From assembly GCA_964016885.1 (NCBI GenBank), contig OZ024742.1, positions 160,332,001 to 160,396,000 on the forward strand: a stretch of 64,000 bases of DNA. Direction: 5' to 3'. Positions within the stretch are counted from its first letter, which is position 1; every line of letters begins with the position of its first letter. Both the position numbers and the translations under genes were made by a program. The DNA comes from Eledone cirrhosa. Taxonomy: Eukaryota. Positions 28,867 to 43,546 of this stretch are shown piece after piece. Below the pieces are notes generated by a model. That model did not search any database and was not told the DNA's origin. It saw only the letters and a program-made list of their open reading frames with translations.

Positions 28867-28980
28867 GAAGGGACAAGGTGCCGTGTAGTTACTAAAAACG
28901 AGTGTTTAGAAATATAAGGGAAACACAAACAAAGAACAGATACCCTGTTCAGTTTTCTGCTGTGGGTCTCGGACGTTTCA

Positions 28981-29028
<48 letters not shown>

Positions 29029-29214
29029 GAGTAAGTAAGACTCCGACGGCTGAGCTCAAGCCGTTTCGACGGCTAATTCTGTACTTTTACAATAGTAAAC
29101 GGCTTGAGCTCAGCCGTCGGGGTCTTACTTACTCCTATTACCCACTCTACTACCCTAAGTATTGAGTACTTTGGTGCGTTATGGTCCACCTGGTTCCTTA
29201 CCACTTTTCCCTCG

Positions 29215-29215
<1 letters not shown>
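29029..29215. mobile_element. Fold-back pLTR fragment with HHR 3' halves; same family as 62633-62850
   Basis: Inverted arms 29029-29134 carrying (G)AAACGGCTTGAGCTCAGCCGTC; flanked by (TA)n. Confidence 0.75.
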
Positions 29216-29283
<68 letters not shown>

Positions 29284-30241
29284 TATTTAATACAATAACA
29301 GAGATAGTTTAAAGCTAAACTCTGACTGGTAACCATCTCACTCAACAAACTTTAGGTTATATTTAAATATAAACCCAATTTAAGTGTTTGGGGTGCTAAC
29401 AATATGTATAACGTGGAAAAACCAGTTGTATTATTTTATGCGATATAATTAAAGTTAAAGTATATCTCTCTTTTCAAACAATTGTTTCATTATAAGTTTT
29501 CTACAAGTTGGGAGAATATTTCCAGTATATGTAGAAGCCTAATATATATTCATGTAAGAATATATTTAGGTGGGCGTTTATAAATCATCAGTGGAAGCCC
29601 ATTAAACTTTGATATAAGAAAGAAATTCTTACCACAGTCAAAAATCATGTCTGTTAAGTTGCTCCTTCTCGCCTCGAATGACCGCCAAATTTGAAATTCC
29701 AGCAGTTTTTGACTGAGGAAGTATCATAGCGACACGAATCGGGAAGGGGAGACAACTACGATCCACGAAAGGAGGAAAAAAAATAATATACACGCGGGTT
29801 AATTAGTTTTTTCGAAAACATTATCAATCCAACGTGTTAAGAACTCAATTGAAAATAAAAAAATAAATATATGCGTGTATAAATTACACACGCATATAGA
29901 TATTTTCTTAGGCTAAAATCAGAGGTTGTACCCGAATAACACACGAGTTATGATATATTGGTAAAAGGAAAAGAAAATGCTGACAAATTGTTCCCAGTGA
30001 AAAATAGTTTAATTAGGAATAAGTAAAAATTAGTAATAGTATTGGTTAGTATTCAATTTTGGTTTTAAGTCTTTACCGGTTGCGCATTTCTAATGCTTTT
30101 CAAAAATAATTTTGAGATAGAGCGCCTGTGATGTTTGCTCTAATCTGATTAGTTTTGGAAATTCTACCTGTTTTATGTGAAAAAAATGGCTCCAGATGTA
30201 TGAAAAAATTCTTGTGGTCAAATGTTAAAAATTGATTTTGC

Positions 30242-30290
<49 letters not shown>

Positions 30291-30298
<8 letters not shown>

Positions 30299-30952
30299 AT
30301 ATTTTGGGAGGGTCATATTTGTGTAATATTGCCAGAATTAATAACAGAGCACACTCACTGTTTGGTTGGTTTTCGCTTTTCGCTTCTGTGTCTTTTATAT
30401 CGGTAATCTAATTTATTCGGTCCTCAATGTTGCCATTAACTGACCAACGGTCAAAAATAATACAGATACAATATAGACACAAACACACATATAAAGTTCT
30501 TTCGTTGCACATCTGCAACATCGTCAGTGGTGCTATTGTTTCCTCCCGTTACATTGTATATCTACGCCATCTTTATTTAGTCTGTCTATATATTTATTTG
30601 CATGCGCAAAGAAGACAAAATAAAATAAACAAACAAACAAACAAATAAATAAATAAATATATAGACAGACTAAATAAAGATGGCGTAGACATACAATGTA
30701 ACGGGAGGAAACAATAGCACCACTGACGATGTTGCAGATGTGCAACGAAAGAACTTTATATATGTGTTTGTGTCTATATTGTATCTGTATTATTTTTGAC
30801 CGTTGGTCAGTCAATGGCAACATTAAGGACCGAATAAATTAGATTGCCGATATAAAAGACACAGAAGCGAAAACCAACCAAACAGTGAGTGTGTTCTGTT
30901 ATTAATTCTGGCAATATTACACAAATATGACCCTCCCCAAATATAACAATAT
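30291..30952. mobile_element. Non-coding inverted-repeat element (pLTR derivative) with HHR-like cores
   Basis: ~310 bp arms; CTGACGA TGTTGC AGATGT GCAAC GAAA at 30723-30750(+) and 30500-30527(-); homologous to 61755-62090, 58681-58740, 26630-26680. Confidence 0.8.
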
Positions 30953-31006
30953 TTGTTTCGACACACGATTTCATATAAAAAACCTCGCAAAACTAATTCA
31001 TCGCCG

Positions 31007-31082
<76 letters not shown>

Positions 31083-31485
31083 GTGTGTGTATAAACACAT
31101 ACTTACATACATACACACATACTGAAACTGTAACAATAGAAATAATAATACTAGTGTAAAATAAAACATGATGGGTGTGTCCTTCAATGTATATCTATAG
31201 ATGAGGGTGGAACGTCGGAACATCTATATATCGAAATATTTATTGTACAGGCGGGGTGCATTTAGATAGATACATGTAGATCAAAGCAGAGAATGTATGT
31301 TTTCTTGCGTTCCTACAGTTCATGATGACCTACTATTTTAGGCTGATGCCATTGGATTTCAATTTAATAGTCTTTCTGAACGGATTTTGCGGCGGCCCAC
31401 CTGAAAATTTCCTATTTGGTTTCGAACATTGCGTTGCTGTTCTTAAGGTTCCAGATTAGGCGAGCTAGCCATATATTAGCAGACA

Positions 31486-31540
<55 letters not shown>

Positions 31541-31851
31541 TCAATTGTGCTCTCGTGCGTGATCTTTTGTACAGGAATCGGTTATTATAAGGCAGTATGA
31601 TTGTTAATATTACTATAGACATAGACTATAACCTTTTTTATCTCTCCATCTAGTCCTTATTTTGTTTTTTAGTCATTCTATCCCACATCTTTCAATCCTA
31701 CTCATTCTCTTTTTTATTACAATAATATTAACACGAAAACATGGTAGAAGCAACAACAGTGGCACCAACTATAACAACAATAATAGCATAAAAGAGAAAG
31801 AATGAGTATATATGTATGTATATATATATATATATATACATTTACACACAC

Positions 31852-31904
<53 letters not shown>

Positions 31905-31953
31905 CATATATATATATGTATATATGTGTGTGTGTGTCTATGTATGTACAACG

Positions 31954-32032
<79 letters not shown>

Positions 32033-34603
32033 GTATATATATATACAAGCGGAACGACTTTTCTTTCTATTTTGCATCGCAGATTGTTGTAGGGGATATA
32101 AAGATATATGTTAGAGATTGTTTCGTGTATGTCTTCAATTCTACACCTGCGTCTTCTTTCTTGTGGATGAGGTGAAAACCAGCTTTTGACACCTGCCAGC
32201 CATGATGTTATTCGCTTAAGCGAATTTCTGATATACGCATAACAGCGGTCAAAGCGGCTGTTGTTACTGCTTATTGCTACTCTCATTGTTGTGTTTTTTC
32301 TTGTTGCTCTTGCTCTTGTTTTATTTCTCTTTGTTGTTGTTTTGTTATTTCTTTTGTTTTTGTCTTTGTTTTACTGTTGTTGTGGTTAACATTAGTTATG
32401 ACGTAGTATAGTGTTTTACAGAAAATCTGGTCAACTTTGCTGTGGCACACTTCAGGGCAAGTAATTTGAGTAAGTAGTACAAGATATGAACTGATAACAG
32501 GATAACAAAAAAAGATAAATAGATAAGTTGATCGGAAAATTATTAAGCCTATATAGATTAGAGTAAATATATAAAATTTTAGTAATATAATTTATATTAG
32601 AAATTCTAGATAGTTCCATTAAAAGTATAAAAATATTTCAATATATTTTGTTACGTTCTTCTTACAACAAACTATATAGAGATTGACTCCACGGTTCACT
32701 GTCTATTATATGTCCCATAATCGTCCCCTACGAAGAGGATTTTTTGCAAATCACTATTTACACTTAACACTATAAGCTAACGAAACAAACATCATTTATG
32801 TAGAACTGCCACTGTTTACCTACTGTGTGGTATTTATTACAAATAGATGGACTGAGGCATTGAGCGATAGGTACATTCACAACAAGCATTGCAACATCAG
32901 TGATAGAATAGTACCTACCAAACCTTCGGTTGGTACAATAGGATGTATCCGGTGCCACTTTAGTGTGCGATCTAGCTGGCTATTTACAGTTCAGCGTGCG
33001 GCCTGCTTTCACATTTGCAAACGGTTTGCCTCAGCTACAAAAACCTTTACTAAAGGAGGATAAAAATAAATTGAATAATGTTGAATGATTTATTATGTGA
33101 CATACACTTAATCATCAATATCAAAAAAACCGCTAACAACTCTTAATCCTCAGAATCATTGGTCCTCGATTTCCCTTTTATATAGAGAGATCAGGGTACT
33201 GATATGGGTGTTGGTTGATTGCCATATTTTACAGAAAGAAGGATAATGATGTGAGAGGTGGTTAATTGCTATATTATATAGACAGGAAGATACTAAAGTG
33301 GGTGGTAGACAGGTCAGGAGCATTCAGGTGAAAGCAGTAGAAAAAATGTAAGTATAGGTAATAAATTCATACCACGAAGAGTCACAAAACACAACATCAG
33401 CTGAGGTCTCGTACATTACGGATACCGTGGTAGACTGCATGCTAAAGTAGCACCGTAAATCCTTTGGCTGGTAGTTTGCCACTTAATCTATTTGGCTAAC
33501 ATGACGCTAACGCTGAGAAACAGTTAGTTATATAATTGAGTTACCAGACCTTGAAGTAGGTTGTACAATTTTCCTTCGCTAGCAATTATTTCCTTCTCTG
33601 CCTTATTTGAAAAAAAAAAAAAAAAAAAAGAATTGCAAGTTTTATGAAATCTGAAAGTTTTGAAAGTCATTCAAGTTTTACTTCTTTGTAAAAATCTCGC
33701 ATTAACTCCCAAGGAAATTCTATCCTTACTGGTTTCTTTCCTTTTTTCTTCTTTCTCTCTTTTTAAACTCCTCTTCCTCGTTTTACAAATAAAGTAGAAT
33801 TTTTCCGCACATGTCTAAAACAATTTTCCGTAATATGATAGGATAGATTTTGTCAGTAATTCTTCCGATAGATTACCCCGTTACCATTTCAATCGAATTG
33901 GCACACCTTGTAAATGACGCTCAATGAGTAATTTCAAAGGGGGTTTAGTTACTGCATCACTCAGACATTTAAAAAAAGTAAAGCTACAATATGTCTGCTC
34001 AACCTGCTTTCTTTCACAATAATGGCTTTGTTCTGATTCTAATTTTGTCAGTTGTTTCTATTTCTATATTGTTTTGTCTTATTTCGTTTCGTTTTCATAG
34101 CTAGTAATAAGAGCTGTTGTCTTTCTTGTTAGCTTAATTCTCATTTTTTTTTCTTCACACATACGTTAGTGTTTCAGCTTAAAGATGATTCTAATTGTCC
34201 GCTAAACAAAACGTAATAAAACAATGAATAAATATAGAATAAACAAAACAACAGAGAACTTGTTATTTTACGCCAGATATGAAGGAGAAGCCAGCGAAGT
34301 TAGTGGACCACATCTAATAATACAGCTTTAAGGTTCTCTGGGGTTTAACCAACCAATCGACTAGAAACAAGAGCTAGTTTGTTCATTAGGTATCGAAATT
34401 TATTTTTAAAGCACTAAAAATAGAAAGATGAAAAACCTCTAGAAATAGGATTGCTATTTGTACAAATGAAACTCCGAAGTAACAAGGCCCACAACTTAGT
34501 AAATATATATATATATTCTGCTTAGTTCTACACTTCTTTACAGACTGGAAACAACGTATCGAGTGCTCACTCGAGTGAACCTACAGTAACTGCATATTAC
34601 ATT

Positions 34604-34662
<59 letters not shown>

Positions 34663-35010
34663 TATATATATGTATGTATAGGTCAAGGTGACACAAAATG
34701 ACGGCGGAGCAAAGTTAAGACGTAAACGTTACACGGATAAACAAAGAATAAGAGCATTGCGAAAAAAGAAGACATGTGGTTGACAAAATATTTGCAATGA
34801 ATTAAGAAAAATGTGTGTACTGTAGAAGTATTTACACTGAATATTAAGTGAAAAAGAGATCTGACGCTTTTGTTGAAACCCTTTATTAAAATAGAGTTAG
34901 AAAAGAAAAGATAAAACATTAAGAGAAAAAAAGTGTAGAACCGACATCAAGTTGGAGAATTCGATGTGTATTGAGCAGCTACCTTCTGATGTATACACAC
35001 ACACACACAG

Positions 35011-35050
<40 letters not shown>

Positions 35051-35065
35051 ATGTATATCTATGTG

Positions 35066-35152
<87 letters not shown>

Positions 35153-35431
35153 AGGCACAAGTCTATGCAAGGTTGTTAGAGGAAGACCAACAGTCGCTCA
35201 TGCATACCAGTCTCCTCTCTCCTCGCCACTTATGTTGACCAAGGAAAAGGCAAAGGCCCATACAGTTTGGCACGAGTGACGTCACAACTCATTTCTACAG
35301 CTGAGTAAACTGGAGCAACGTGAACCAAAGTGTCTTCCTTAAGGACACAACGTATCGAACTCACAACCTCCCGATTGTTAGCCAAACGCTCTAACCATTA
35401 AGCCATATGCCTTCACTCATAAGAAAAAAAA

Positions 35432-35500
<69 letters not shown>

Positions 35501-35751
35501 CTTACCTTTATTAGTTTCACTATTCATCTTTCCATTGATCCCATTATTCCTCTTTCCATTCAATTTTGATATTGAATTAATAACATTTTGAAAAAATCCT
35601 CTCTATTTCTGTGTATGCAACAGACTGTAAAAATATCGATTACAGAATATATAAACAATTTCTTACCTTTACCAATAAAAAAAAAGTCTTGTAAAATAGA
35701 CACAACCTCAAAATAGCAGTAATGAACTTCGGTTTTCACTCTCTCTCGCTC

Positions 35752-35863
<112 letters not shown>

Positions 35864-36336
35864 ATACATGATGATGGTGGGGATTGCTGTAGCCACAGAC
35901 CCACAGCTAGAGCTTCCAAGGCGAGCGGTGCTTCTACATTTTATCTTCTTCTAGTTGGCAAAATCAAAAACAAAAATAAAATTCTCATTATTTCTCCGGG
36001 GGCGAGGAGGAGTTTGAACTCAGTACAGTCTTTGCCAATTAAAATTAGCAGTTTTATAATTATATAACCAGCTTAAAATTATATAAGCCTTTTTAAAAGT
36101 TTTATTGTAAATATTAACCTTTGGAATCTTTATGGTCTTACCTACTTTACAGTTACGTATGGATCCGCGGAAGTATTTTACATCGTTGGTTACCGGGTTC
36201 GGTTATTCTGTCAATTATTAAAGAGTAAAATTTACTTTTATCTATTTAATTATTTTCATTTTTATCTGTACAAATAACTAATTTACTTTCTCTCTCTCTC
36301 TCCCTCTCTCTCTGTATATATATATATATATATATA

Positions 36337-36450
36337 GTTGAAAAAAAAATGAAAACGAAATTTCATTTCTCACTCTTAGTACGGCACTTACTTAAATGTA
36401 AGTATGTGTGTATACGTACATACATATATGTATACAGACGTACAGTAGCA

Positions 36451-36520
<70 letters not shown>

Positions 36521-36963
36521 TACATACATATACATACAGGTACACATACATATATGCACGTATCAGTTTAGCAGACGCTTATTATAACGCCGCTTTGTTC
36601 GTTTGTAAACAAACTGAACAGCCTGCATTTTTATGCCGTACGGTGTTAAGGCAACCACGTCACCTTTTTGTTCAACACTGACACAACGATGTACTAGTTT
36701 CAAGCTTGTTAGCTATAATCAGCACCGTATACCCATCTGCCAGATAGTTGAACGTTCGAAAGTATATACTTTCCTTATGAAAATTAACGGCTGAGCAGCC
36801 TAATTTGCATATCGAGTGAGCTAAGTCGGTCAGGCATACCGAAAACGATGAGTTGAAAAAAAAATGAAAACGAAATTTCATTTCTCACTCTTAGTACGGC
36901 ACTTACTTAAATCTAAGTATGTGTGTACGTACATACATATATGTATACAGACGTACAGTAGCA

Positions 36964-37055
<92 letters not shown>

Positions 37056-37072
37056 TATACATACATATAGCA

Positions 37073-37148
<76 letters not shown>

Positions 37149-37314
37149 TACATACATATACATACAGGTACACATACATATATGCACGTATCAGTTTAGC
37201 AGACGCTTATTATAACGCCGCTTTGTTCGTTTGTAAACAAACTGAACAGCCTGAATTTTTATGCTAAACTGATACGTGCATATATGTATGTGTACCTGTA
37301 TGTATATGTATGTA

Positions 37315-37400
<86 letters not shown>

Positions 37401-37455
37401 CATGCTACTGTACGTCTGTATACATATATGTATGTACGTATACACACATACTTAC

Positions 37456-37460
<5 letters not shown>
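36337..37460 (-). mobile_element. Non-coding HHR element family A: ~515 bp unit in partial tandem plus inverted tail
   Basis: Unit restarts at 36337 and 36852; 37263-37460 inverted; HHR at 36687-36727 with mutated CTGATTA core. Confidence 0.8.
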
Positions 37461-37489
<29 letters not shown>

Positions 37490-37537
37490 AAGAAGTGTAA
37501 GTCTACAGGTTAAAATTAACTTCATTTATACATATTC

Positions 37538-37596
37538 GCTGTTATATATATTTCGGTGATAACCATTATGCAACGGCTATGACCTCATCAGGCAGC
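37538..37596 (-). ncRNA. Minimal type I hammerhead ribozyme
   Basis: rc GCTGC CTGATGA GGTCATAGCCGTT GCAT AATGGTTATCACC GAAA TATATA TA ACAGC. Confidence 0.8.
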
Positions 37597-37720
37597 TAGA
37601 ATTTGAACAGAAAAAAAAACAGAAACACATAATGCTGGAATAAGGTTTACCTCTGTTATTTTGATTTTTTATATGCTCAGTGCTGAAGTAGGATGCTGTT
37701 TTCTTAAAGCACTGTATCTA

Positions 37721-37800
<80 letters not shown>

Positions 37801-37839
37801 ACGAGGGGGGAGGGTGAGAGAGCAAAATGTACACAGATA

Positions 37840-38320
37840 TATCATCATCAGTCCCTTGACTTCTGTAATCGTCTGGGAGATACTACTGCAGAAGCAGAAC
37901 ACATTTAAAATAGTCTATCAACGGTGGCCGTCAACAAATTTGGTGTAGTGATGTACATCCATTCTTTGATGTGCGTCCAACCAGTTCTTGCGTTGGCGTC
38001 CCCTCCTGTGTCCACCTTCAACAGTGCCTTGCATGATAGTCTGGCACACGCTGTCATGTTATGTGACGTAGCCAAACCACGCCAGTTTCCCCGTCTTGAG
38101 AGTGGCGAGGAGAGGTTCTTGGTGACCCACACAAGTTTTAGCCTTTCTCCGCACGTATTCATTGGTTTTACGTTCCCAATAGGAAATGCATGTGTCCTCA
38201 AACGCCTGGGTCCTTCTCTTTGTTTCTTCTCTTTGTGTCCAGGTCTCACACCCATATAGGAGAAATGACAACACAAACACAGTGATGCAAAAACACAAAG
38301 TCTTATTTGTGTCACGTTTA
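37840..38320 (-). mobile_element. RTE LINE 3' fragment
   Basis: LLYGCETWT...ISYWERKTNEYVR...KLAWFGYVT; (TGA)n tail at ~37841-37850. Confidence 0.8.
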
Positions 38321-38360
38321 GGAGGAATTAATATATAAATGTACACAGATTATATATATT

Positions 38361-39033
38361 ACTAGCAGTGGAGCCCAGCGTTTCATGGGATTGGAAAAAT
38401 TAAACTTCAAAAGTGTAGTAAGACCTATAAATAAAAAATCAAATATGATTGTGAGTTGCGCACATGGAGAGGGAACATAGGTTGTACTTTGTGCCCAACT
38501 TCTTTGGTGAAAAAAATAAACCAGTAACACCCGATGTTATTGTTGTTGACGTCGATACATTTTAAAATTTTAGTTTTTCTCACACAGGGCCCGAATTAGA
38601 TAAAAACTCGAAAAATCGGTTAGTCCAAAATAATGGTTGGTACATGAGGCACAGTTGTTCAAAATTTGAAGGAAATCGGTCGCAAACTGTAGGCGTTATA
38701 ACGTTGCGGATTTTTCGATTCGTCTTTTCTAGTCCAGGGGGTGCACTAAACAAAATATTATGAGTCCAAAATAAAGTCGGGAACATAATGCATGTTTGTT
38801 CCAAACTTGAAGGAAATCGGATGTAAACTGTAGAGGTTATTGACAAAAATGCTTTTTTTTAGTCGGTCTTTCTCTTATAGAGGGCGTAGAAGACACAAAT
38901 TAGAAAATGTAATGAGTTCGTACGAAGGTCAGGAGCATAACGCATGTTTGTGCCACATCGGTTGCAAGTTGTAGAGGTTATGCTGAAATAGAGAGAGAGA
39001 CACACACACATGGTCTATTTTATATATATAGAT
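38361..39033 (+). mobile_element. Helentron-associated HINE/DINE-1-like element
   Basis: 5' ACTAG...CCCAGCGTTTCATGGG; internal repeats GAAGGAAATCGG..AAACTGTAG.GGTTAT x3; 3' TTTTATATATATAGAT. Confidence 0.6.
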
Positions 39034-39160
39034 AGATATACAGGTTATAAAGTTACTAAACATCAATTATCGTTTATCATTATCAGTTTATCAACTTAAC
39101 TAGTTTCCGTTTTTCTTTGCAAATGATAGTTTTAACTGAATCTATAAGTTAATTAAATTG

Positions 39161-39404
39161 GGGAGACTTCTGGTGTCCTTGGCCCTAGGGCTACCTCCCT
39201 ATTCACCACCATAGGCGCTGAGCTAGCCAACCGCAAGTGTGAGCCTCGCAAGTTGGAATGGCTCTTCCAGCGCATCTCCCTTACCATCCTCCGGGGAAAC
39301 GCCTTCTCCACCCTGTCCGCCGGGACTGTGGGGAGGCCAGCACGTGGGACCCCATTCGCTCACCATACGGATTAATAGGCACAGTTATAAACTATTGTAA
39401 ATAA
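39161..39404 (+). mobile_element. CRE-clade 3' fragment
   Basis: ETSGVLGPRATSLFTTIGAEL...LEWLFQRISLTILRGNAFSTL; homologous to 22620-22812. Confidence 0.8.
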
Positions 39405-42400
39405 CCCATGTAGCACAGTACAACCAGTTGCATGGTCGGGTCGTCGGCGACTAAACCGGCAACCCCATCAAGTTTACTTGGTGAGTCCTGACTGGGTTAA
39501 ACGACGACATTGGTAAGGATGTCGGATCAGTAGATAAGTCAATAATCAAGTAACTGTGAATTTGGCAAGGCGATCATATCAACTATTGTTGGATGTTTCG
39601 GTGAGGCACAACCGCTCTAATACAGAGTACTGCTTTCACTTGTATTGAGTAGCGACCGCAAGTGTATATCTAGCTATTGAAAGCTAAATATGACACAAAT
39701 CCTTCGATGTTCATCCCGCAGCGCTCGTCGCGCGGTTAAACAAGGAGCGCGTCCTGCAACGGATTCCCAGATTGCAGTCGAAAAATCAGATACTGGGAAA
39801 CATACACGGAGAAAACAACCACCCCAACTTGTACACGGAAAGAAAGACATCTTTGCTGGTACACTCCAGAGAGACCATAAAATCCCTGAACTGATTGCTT
39901 AGGCAGGGGCGGCCAACCATGATGTTATCTGTCTTCAGGAGCACCGGTTAATACATGAAGAGCTTGTAACAAAGGAGCAAATATTTGGCAATTGGAGGCT
40001 GCTAACCTGCTCAGCTTGTAAAAACAACATGAATGCAGCAAATGGTGGAGTTGGAATGCTTTTCAGCCCGCGAGCCTATGACGCACTTGCGAGTGTTGAA
40101 ATGATAACATCAAGGATAATGATAGCTACGTTTAACGGGAATCCTAAAACCCCTGTAATCTCTTGCTATAGTCCAACAAATGTATGTGACATGGCCCAAG
40201 TGGAGAGGTTTTACATGGAACTAACATCACTCACTAGACAAATCCCGAAACATAATCTTCTCATCATTGGCGGAGACTTCAACGCGCGTCTTGGACATCT
40301 TGATGGCTTCAAATCCTCATACCACTCACAAACCAATAGAAACGGTTGTATGCTAAAAGATTACTTGTGTGAGAACAATTTACGATGTCTCAACGCCATA
40401 TTCCCAAAAAGGCCAGGCCAGAGGTGGACACACAAATCTCCAAATGGCGACGAGACACAACTGGATTATATCATAATCAATCTAAAATGGAAGAACAGCG
40501 CAAAAAACTGCAGAGCATATGACTCATTTGTTAGTGTTGATTCGGATCATAGCATTGTCTCGGCCAAGATACGATTAAGTCTCCGAGTGGATAAAAAGAA
40601 ATCTGCAAATGCTACTCCTTACAACTGGACAGTTCTGAATACCAATCCTGAGACTTACAAAACCTTTGTAACCCAACTGAGCAACCGATTTGCTGCCCTA
40701 CAAGATTCTGCGCCAAAAAAATCGTCAAATTCTACATTTAACCATTTTCAAATGGCATTCAAAGAGGCAGCGGCCGACACAATCCCTTTAAAACCCAAGG
40801 AAACAGAGAGGATACGCCAAAAGCGCAAAGAGTTGCGAAAAGCTGCAGAATTGAAAGACACTCAACTGTCTCCAGAAAACATTAGTAACTTCAATGCTGC
40901 TTGTACAACACTGAAAAGTGAGTATGAAATTGAGCAAGCCGAATACATACAGAAAAAGATCAATTATATCTCAAGTACTGTCAGCAATAAGAGGTCTGCT
41001 GAAGCCTGGAAAACTGTCAATGAAATTAGTGGAAGAAAAGGTAGTGACAAAGCCAAACTGAAAACCTCCAGCCAAGACGAACGTTTAAAACTGTGGCAAA
41101 AACATTTTCAGAACATACTTGGCAAAGCACCACAGATCATCGAAGAAGAAATAATACCCGTTTTTACAGAGGAACACCAAATACAGAAAGATCCTTTCAC
41201 TATGGAGGAACTACAGAAAGCAGTGAAAAGTATTAGTAACGGAAAAGCGTGCGGACTCGACGAGATCCCAGCTGAAGTGTGGAAGGTACCTGAATTTCAC
41301 CCAATTCTACTAGAGTTGTGTAATGGTGTCTATAATCAAGACCCCATAGACAAATGGGCGATCTTGGAATGGCTAAAAACTACCCTGGCATAACACTAAT
41401 GGCAATTGCCGCAAAGATATACAATCTCATGTTGCTTGACAGAATAAGACCTGTCATTGACCCCTTGCTGAGAAAAAATCAAAATGGCTTCCGCACCAAC
41501 AGATCAACATCAGGGCAAATACTTACTATTTGGCGTATCCTGAAAGGCGTAAAAGCCAAAAACCTCCCAGCAACTCTCCTGTTTATTGACTTTACAAAAG
41601 CATTCGATTCCATCCATCGTGGGAGGATGAGAGAGATACTTCTAGCTTACGGCTTGTCAAAGGAAACAGTAAATCCCATCATGATGTTATATAAAAACAC
41701 CCGCGCAATGGTGCGCTCACCTGATAGAGATACCAACTTCTTTGACATCATTGCAGGAGTACTCCAAGGAGATACTCTTGCACCATATATTTTTAACATC
41801 TGCCTCGACTATGTATTGAGAAAAGCCCTGGACGAAAACTTAGAGCTTGGTTTCACTCTCACAAAGCGAAAGTGTGGACGCCATGCAGCTCAGAAAATCA
41901 CCGATGCTGACTATGCGGATGATTTAGCGGTCCTCGCTGACTACCTTAAGCATGCAACATCATTACTTCACAGCATCGAATCAGTTGCAAAGGAAATCGG
42001 ACTCTATGTCAACGCAGGCAAAACAGAATATATTTGCCTGAACCAAGACTCCTCAGTTGGTATGCGAAGTCTAAACGGCGATATAATGAAGCAAGTTGAC
42101 GACTTCAAATACTTGGATAGCTATATTCCCTCCACAGAACATTATGTTAACATCAGACTGGGAAAAGCCTGGGGGGCATAGAATGCAATGGGAAAAATAT
42201 GGAAATCAAACCTGCCGGCCAAACTGAAAAGGAATTTCTTCAGAGCTGCTGTGGAATCTGTGCTTGTTTATGGCTCTATCACTTGGACGCTAACGTCAAA
42301 TCTGGAGAAAGAGCTAGACGGGGCATACACATGTATGGCGTGCTGCTTTAAACGTATCTTGGAGGGAACACCCAACAAATAAGGATCTCTATGGCAATAT

Positions 42401-42670
42401 ACCGCCTATCAGCAAGTCAATACGTAAACAGAGACTCAGATTTGCTGGCCACTGTTAGCGTAGCAAGGAAGAAATAGCAGGCGATGTATTGTTATGGAGT
42501 CCATCTCATGGAGTAAGAAACGCTGGTCGTCCCAAGAAGACATACGTCAAGCAACTTGAAGACGATACTGGATGCACTGCGGAAGAACTGGCAAACGCTA
42601 TGAGAGACAGAGATGGATGGAGGAAACGTGTCGTAGAAGGCCGAGCAAGCTCGACCTGATGATGATGATG
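39405..42670 (+). mobile_element. Near full-length RTE LINE with 9 bp TSD
   Basis: APE + RT ORF; (TGA)n tail; TGTAAATAA at 39396-39404 and 42669-42677. Confidence 0.92.
39690..42659 (+). pseudogene. RTE ORF (AP endonuclease + reverse transcriptase), with stops, deletion and frameshift
   Basis: ICLQEH, GGDFNA, LDYII, SDH; QNGFR, FIDFTKAFDSI, GVLQGDTLAP, DYADDL; ORFs 40029-41393, 41354-42181, 42188-42382. Confidence 0.92.
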
Positions 42671-42824
42671 TAAATAAATTAAAATAAGTTATTTAAATTA
42701 CAGAATGCAAAGTAGAATGCAAAGTTAGAACGCTTGCGTGTTAGTAATACATTTCAAAACTGTAAAATTCCTAGCAGTAGTCATGTGATTTGGTGTGTCA
42801 ATGTTTGCCCGAATGTTTATTAAA

Positions 42825-43012
42825 CGGTGGATTGGCAGTATCCGTAGAGAGTCGGACGCCATACTTTCCAGCATAGAGTTACGTCCCTTTACGGACTGAG
42901 TTCAAATCCCGCTGACGTTAGCTTTGCCTTTCATCCATACGGGGTCGATAAAATAAAGTGCCAGTAATGTACTTGGTAATTGCTGGCCTTGTGCTAAAAG
43001 TAGATACAATTA
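42825..43012 (+). mobile_element. Full-length tRNA-derived SINE (Nin/Deu-like)
   Basis: A box, B box and core as in the 9480-11510 cluster. Confidence 0.85.
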
Positions 43013-43457
43013 TATTAGTTAATTAGTAAGTTATCATCGTTCCTTTTTTATTTGTTTGGCAATGTTGATAGCAAATTGATAAATTGGACAAATTTTGAAG
43101 TTTGGAAAACTTCTTCCAGTGTACCTCCCAATATGCCTTCCCGGTGGAATCTTATATTTATAGTCGTCGGTGAACGGTTCCCCGTTTCCGTAAATTATTT
43201 CCAGTTACTCCGATGTAATTTTTCCCCACATCCTTACAAGTCTACCAGATGAACATATGAAACTATTTATATAAATTCATGCATACATGGATATAGAGTC
43301 ATACAATCATACATTTATGTATACATACATACATACATACGTGCATACATACACACACGCACACACATACATATATATTGGGTCGCCAAGTATGAATTTT
43401 GTAGAAAATTGTAGAAAAAAAACAAATTTCCACAAATTTCATACTTGACCAAATATG

Positions 43458-43542
<85 letters not shown>

Positions 43543-43546
<4 letters not shown>

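Noticed and set aside
31318-31383. C/D snoRNA-like ATGATGA...CTGA...CTGA
   Set aside because: Weak terminal stem, short spacing, and only ~8 nt apparent complementarity to a recalled 28S segment; needs snoScan/snoReport
32060-32177. Possible + strand exon (pyrimidine tract, CAG acceptor, GTGAAA donor)
   Set aside because: Weak donor, no recognisable peptide, no partner exons
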